Assembly: GCA_010093705.1 (NCBI GenBank)
Contig: MU006107.1
Span: 65,392 to 105,610 of the forward strand
Direction: 5' to 3'
From: Patellaria atrata CBS 101060
Taxonomy: Eukaryota
Length of the DNA stretch: 40,219 bases
Below the pieces are notes generated by a model, which did not search any database, was not told where the DNA came from, and was given only the letters and a program-made list of their open reading frames with translations. The stretch's first letter is position 1. Every line of letters starts with the position of its first letter. The position numbers and the translations under genes were made by a program. This document shows, one piece after another, positions 35,734-40,219 of this stretch.

Positions 35734-37446
35734 TCAAGCTTTACGGCCAATTTCTCCACTTACAACTTCAACATTCTCATCTGCACTGGGTCCCTTCTCA
35801 ATATTCTTTTCGACATCGCTTTGCACCACACCAATTTCACTTGCTCCGATTTTATCTGCAGGATCACGATACGCGGGAATAAAGTTAACAGCAAGACTAT
35901 AAGTCCATGCAAGGACCATGAACATCGTCGGAACAAGCATGGCAAATGCGGTACTGTCACGACGATCTGCTACAGCTGCGAGAACAGCAGGGACTATAAT
36001 CTCTCTTAGCAATCATTCTACTAGAGGGACTTGATAACGAGACGTACTCCAAGCACCACCACTGACACCAGCCACGATCAAACCAGCACCTCTCTTCGTA
36101 TGTCTACCCAAACCGCGGATACCAAGAGCCACGATTGTAGGGAAACACACAGATTCAAAGAAGAAGGTGAGTATCAGCATTGCAAGCCCAGTATTTTCTT
36201 TTTCCGTGATGGTAGCTGAATTGAATATGATAACACACGTCAGATAGGCGAGGAGGACCCAGCGCGGCTTGATAAATTTCATAAGAAATGAACCAGAGAA
36301 CCGGCCCACTGCAAAGCAACCTTGCGCCACGGCGAGGAACTTTGCTGCCAGTGCAGAATCGGTGTTAGAGCGGATTTCCTCAGCATAGTTTATGAAGTAA
36401 CTCGCGAGTGCAACTGTAAAAAGTGAGGATGAGTACACCGGACCTCGTGCTCTGGTGCATAGGGGAAACAAACCTTGTGCTCCAGTGTAAAGTGTCTGAG
36501 CTACCGCTGCATGGAATAACCTATATTGTTTCCTGAACGGTTTGTCACCTGAACCCACATGTGTCTCTTCAGCCTGGAATTCCATATCCGCATCCGTAAT
36601 CTCCGGTATCTTGCTGAAAAAGAATACGGTCGCCAAAATGAAGACGAAAATTGCAATGGCAAGATATGTCCATTGCACACTCTTCAGTGCTTCAACATTG
36701 TCATCCACGTGGGTAAAGAAAGCATAAGAACCGAGAATTGGACCAACGACGGTGCCGACGGCTTGAATGGCTTGTGCTATATTGATACGCAGCTCAGAGT
36801 AGCGTGGTGGACCGCATACTGTTCTCGTCAGCACTACTATTTCATTATTGAACATCAGTAAGAGAATTACCAGCCATGAAAGGGTTCGCCGCTGTCTCTA
36901 AAGTTCCTAATCCACTACCAATTACGAAAGTAGCTGCGCAGAAACCACCAAAAGACTTGTTCAGACCTGCTGGCCACATACATAACGAACCAATACCGTA
37001 GAGAGTCAGGCCGGTAATGAAAGTCGCCTTGTAGCCATAGTGACGAAGTATCCAATTTGCATACCCGAGGGATGCAAGCGGGTAAGCACTGGAGTATCTC
37101 GTCAGTCTTCATTGCTCGATTTCAAGAATCTCCTCCCCAACGGATATGATTGTCACATACCCAAAGTATGCCGCTTGCAAGCCTGATGATCTGGTTTTCG
37201 TGATTCCAAGAGTATTCTGGAAGTGCTTGTTCAGAGTGTCTAGCAATCCATATGCGAATCCCTATGGCACTACGTTAGATAACGTCTCTATTAGCAAGAA
37301 GTGAAGCTACAGGACCGTACCCAGAGGAAGTACAAAATTGTTACTAGCGCAATCGGGAAAAGGGACTCCCTGAGTGTTATCTCAGCGGCATTTGTCCTTT
37401 TATTTCCCGCTCTCAGGTTATGAGTCCTCGAGAAAAACCTTCCCAT
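35734..37446 (-). CDS. MFS L-fucose/glucose-galactose permease (FucP/FHS-like); exons 37446-37321, 37261-37161, 37088-36871, 36818-36474, 36413-36048, 35993-35734
   Basis: Spliced: ITLRESLFPIALVTILYFLWGFAYGLLDTLNKHFQNTLGITKTRSSGLQAAYFGAYP...LETAANPFMAVCGPPRYSELRINIAQA...YTGAQVALASYFINY...FFESVCFPTIVALGIRGLGRHTKRG. Five GT-AG introns. Confidence 0.92.
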
Positions 37447-38637
37447 CGTCCTTTTGAGCTAGCTTGCTATCCCAAGCTGTTAACACTACTTCTTCAAGCT
37501 GTTTACCCCAATTCTAGGTGGTAGGTCTAGGATCTCACGAAGAGGTAAGTGCTGCAGTAAGTAAGTACTTATCTGAAGCTCCAATCCATCGCCACAAGAT
37601 CTCGAACCGATTAAAATCAATTTGGAAGCTCCCCAAGAGCCGGGAGTTCAGTGATCATTTGTCGCGTTAATCTTCACCGAAGCAGGTCGAGGGGAACCCT
37701 GCCCTGCAACGATACCTGAGAAGTTCTCCGCCTCATCAGCAAAATTTACAACATCTTCAGCATGCATAGCCGGTATCTGCAGATGTTGTACCCCTGCGAA
37801 TGCATAGTTGTCTATGATGTCCTATCCATGTTTGTCCCTCTGCTATACTCTCGCCGCGCACCCCGCAGCTAAAGTTCAGCAAGGGACTTCCAGAAGTCCA
37901 TACGTGCGGTGAGATAGATAGTTGAACAATCCCCATGGGGAACGATCAACGTTGATGCCATCCCGTTGGCGCAGGGACCGTTAAGAGGCTCGTGGGAAGT
38001 CCGAAATGGCGACTTACATCAAAATACTCTAGGTACTTTTCACTACGCTCCCTTACCGAAGAGTACCCCTCTCATATGTCTCTTCTATAAGGAAAGACAT
38101 CTAGCAAGAAGGATAAATCAATAGGTTGACATGTTAATAGAAATAATGTCATGATATAAGGTTAGTGGTAGTAACCTCAAAGTGTCTACCGTCTTGCCCC
38201 AGTGGATCCCAAAAGGATCCCAATATTTGAAGACCGTGCAGATGGCAAACACTTGGAACGCCGTCAACGGGGATTCTGCAAATACAGTAGGGTATGCTCT
38301 ATCGCTCGGCCCGTGCCGATCTCGACCTATTCTAGGTAAGCTATCTACAGTCTATTTCTATCGGATATCAGAACAGAAGAATACTTCGCGTCCATTAAAT
38401 GATTCCAATTATAGTAGATGACCCATGGGGAACAAAATCTTCGGTAAGGGATACTTTTACTGCTCTCACTCTCACAAGTGCAGTAACCAGTTTTGAATTT
38501 CATCCTGGATGAGGGTGAAATCTATCGACCCAGGCCACATCGACTTCCCCCCAGCCGCATTCTTCCTCGATCACCATCCATCCAGCGACAACTTCGAAAG
38601 ACATGGCCTTATCCAAGGGAAAGGGTTGATCTTCCAT

Positions 38638-39634
38638 CTACAAACAACCCCATACGGCTAGAGCTCCAATGAGGAGTACCCAAGCACCGAAAGCTGCACT
38701 CGTAGACGCAGCACCTTTGGGCACGTTACCGGTGAATGAACCCCCCAGATACCAAGACCCGATATCAGTGAGCTCTCCGTCCTGGTCCAGCATAGCGCAG
38801 TTGGGACCGACGTTCGAGACCGAAGAACGAAACGAACCGAAGAGGGAATATCGCTCGACAAATCTACAGCGTGTAAGCCATAAGGTAAATAACCCACACC
38901 ACAAGCATATTCAACACGAAAACAACACCAAAGGAAACACACAAAACTCACTCCAACCGATCAAACCACTCACTACTCGTATTGTAAAACTCCTGCGTCG
39001 GCTCCAAATCTTCGTGGGGGAGATTATACTCCGTAACCCAAACATCCTTCCCCCGCCACCGTTCCCGCACCTGCCCCACAAAACTTGCCAACCCCTCAAA
39101 GTCCCCGTAGAAATGCACAGCGATGAAATCGGCCTCGCACCCCTCACAGGCCTCGAAGAACTGCCCCAGCCACGCTAACCCCCCCCCGTTCCCCCGCGTC
39201 GCAGGCGACCCCGCCCGTATCCCCATCTCCCGCAACGGCTCGATCTGCTCCCTCCACAACTCGGCCGCCCGGGCGGGACTGATGGCACTGCCTCCGGTCT
39301 CGTGGTCGCCGTCGGGCTCGTTGAAGCCGAGGACGTGGGTGACGTTTGTCCCGGAGGAGAGGAGCGAGCGGACTGTAAGGGGGAAGTCGAGCGAGGAGTC
39401 ATCGCCCCAGAGCATTGGGACGAAGTTGAGGGGGGTGGAGAGGAGGGAGGGGGAGGGTACGGGGTCGTAGTTGTAGTACCAGGTTAGGTGGCCGGAGGAG
39501 GCGGCGTCGCGCCATATAGAGGAGTCGGAGTGCGCGGAGTTGGGGATGTGGATCAGGCCGCGCTTGGAGGAGGAGGTTGAGAGGATGGGGGGGAGGAGGG
39601 GGAAGAGAGGGAGGAGGGAGAGCAGTGGACGCAT
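38638..39634 (-). CDS. Secreted, probably GPI-anchored glycoside hydrolase (GH128 / Glyco_hydro_cc, Asl1-like beta-1,3-glucanase); exons 39634-38952, 38863-38638
   Basis: Signal peptide MRPLLSLLPLFPLLPPILS, then SSKRGL, TWYYNY, FVPMLWG, LGFNEPD (acid/base Glu), DFIAVHFYG, VWVTEY (nucleophile), FVERYSLFG and LTDIGSWYLG, ending in a hydrophobic tail GAASTSAAFGAWVLLIGALAVWGCL. Confidence 0.88.
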
Positions 39635-40219
39635 GATGGATGGGTTCTCTGAATGAAGAGTATCGACCAGATATCTCTTCTGGATTTGGGGGAGCGAGTG
39701 GTGTGGTAGGCCGTCGTTGTTGTCGTGGGATAGTTTGACCCCTATGGCTGTGGTGGTACAGTATACGGTGCGCCCATAGAAAACAGCAATCGAGTACAGG
39801 TTCTTCTTCAAGAAAAGAAGGGAGCCCCTAAATACTTCGGGTGGACAAGATAATCAACACCAGCGGTGCCATCGTGTCGGTAACAGATACCGTTCTCGCG
39901 CCCAGCAGATACGTAAATATCCAAGAAAATACTTATTGGAGTACGGGTACGCGGTTCTGGGCGGTAAACTTGGTATCTGGTGTATCCTTTGAGATGAGCC
40001 GTGACGCCAATTGTTGTACAGGGGGGGAGCTGAGCCACTTCCGTTCCGAACCTTGTAATATCGTCCCTTGAACTCATTTCGTGCTTTCTCCTGCATTGGT
40101 ATCAATTCGAAGATGTAGGGCAATAATCGTCATGCTAATCTTCATTATAACATACATTCTTCCATTCCCATCGTGTCCAGCTGAAGGCGTTGTAAAGAAC
40201 AATATGGACTCTACATCCC

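Noticed and set aside
38497..38521. 10-bp hairpin ATTTCATCCT-GGATG-AGGGTGAAAT downstream of GH128
   Set aside because: A short stem with G-U pairs is expected by chance in 40 kb, and there is no other support.
39635..39811. 59-aa N-terminal extension of the GH128 ORF in the ORF track
   Set aside because: It starts at TTG and would bury the clear signal peptide that begins at ATG 39634.

Overview
Eukaryotic nuclear DNA from a filamentous ascomycete (Pezizomycotina; Dothideomycetes is a guess). Introns are short GT-AG with CTRAC-type branch points. Twelve intron-resolved protein genes can be read from the sequence: HEM4 (3'-partial), ERV1, SAM synthetase, GPN3, a PHD+JmjC demethylase (JHD1-like), SF3B6/p14, a Num1/Mcp5-type PH-domain protein, UBP14, ISU1, an FLC/TRP-like channel, a FucP-like MFS sugar permease and a GH128-like secreted glucanase. 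Two gene-poor stretches (about 13.4-20.0 kb and 24.2-26.6 kb) contain only broken, ORF-like debris. The main finding is ISU1 intron 1. The conserved YHEKVLDHY motif is best rebuilt by removing a 246-nt intron with AT...AC ends and U2-type signals (ATAAGT donor, GCTAAC branch point, no usable AG), and this intron also contains a potential long stem-loop. Secondary findings are a dual-start arrangement around SAM synthetase intron 1, an overlapping uORF at ERV1, a 27-bp coding minisatellite in JHD1 and an inverted repeat between ERV1 and SAM2. No tRNA, rRNA, CRISPR array or intact transposon was recognised. All family calls come from motif recognition, not from database searches.
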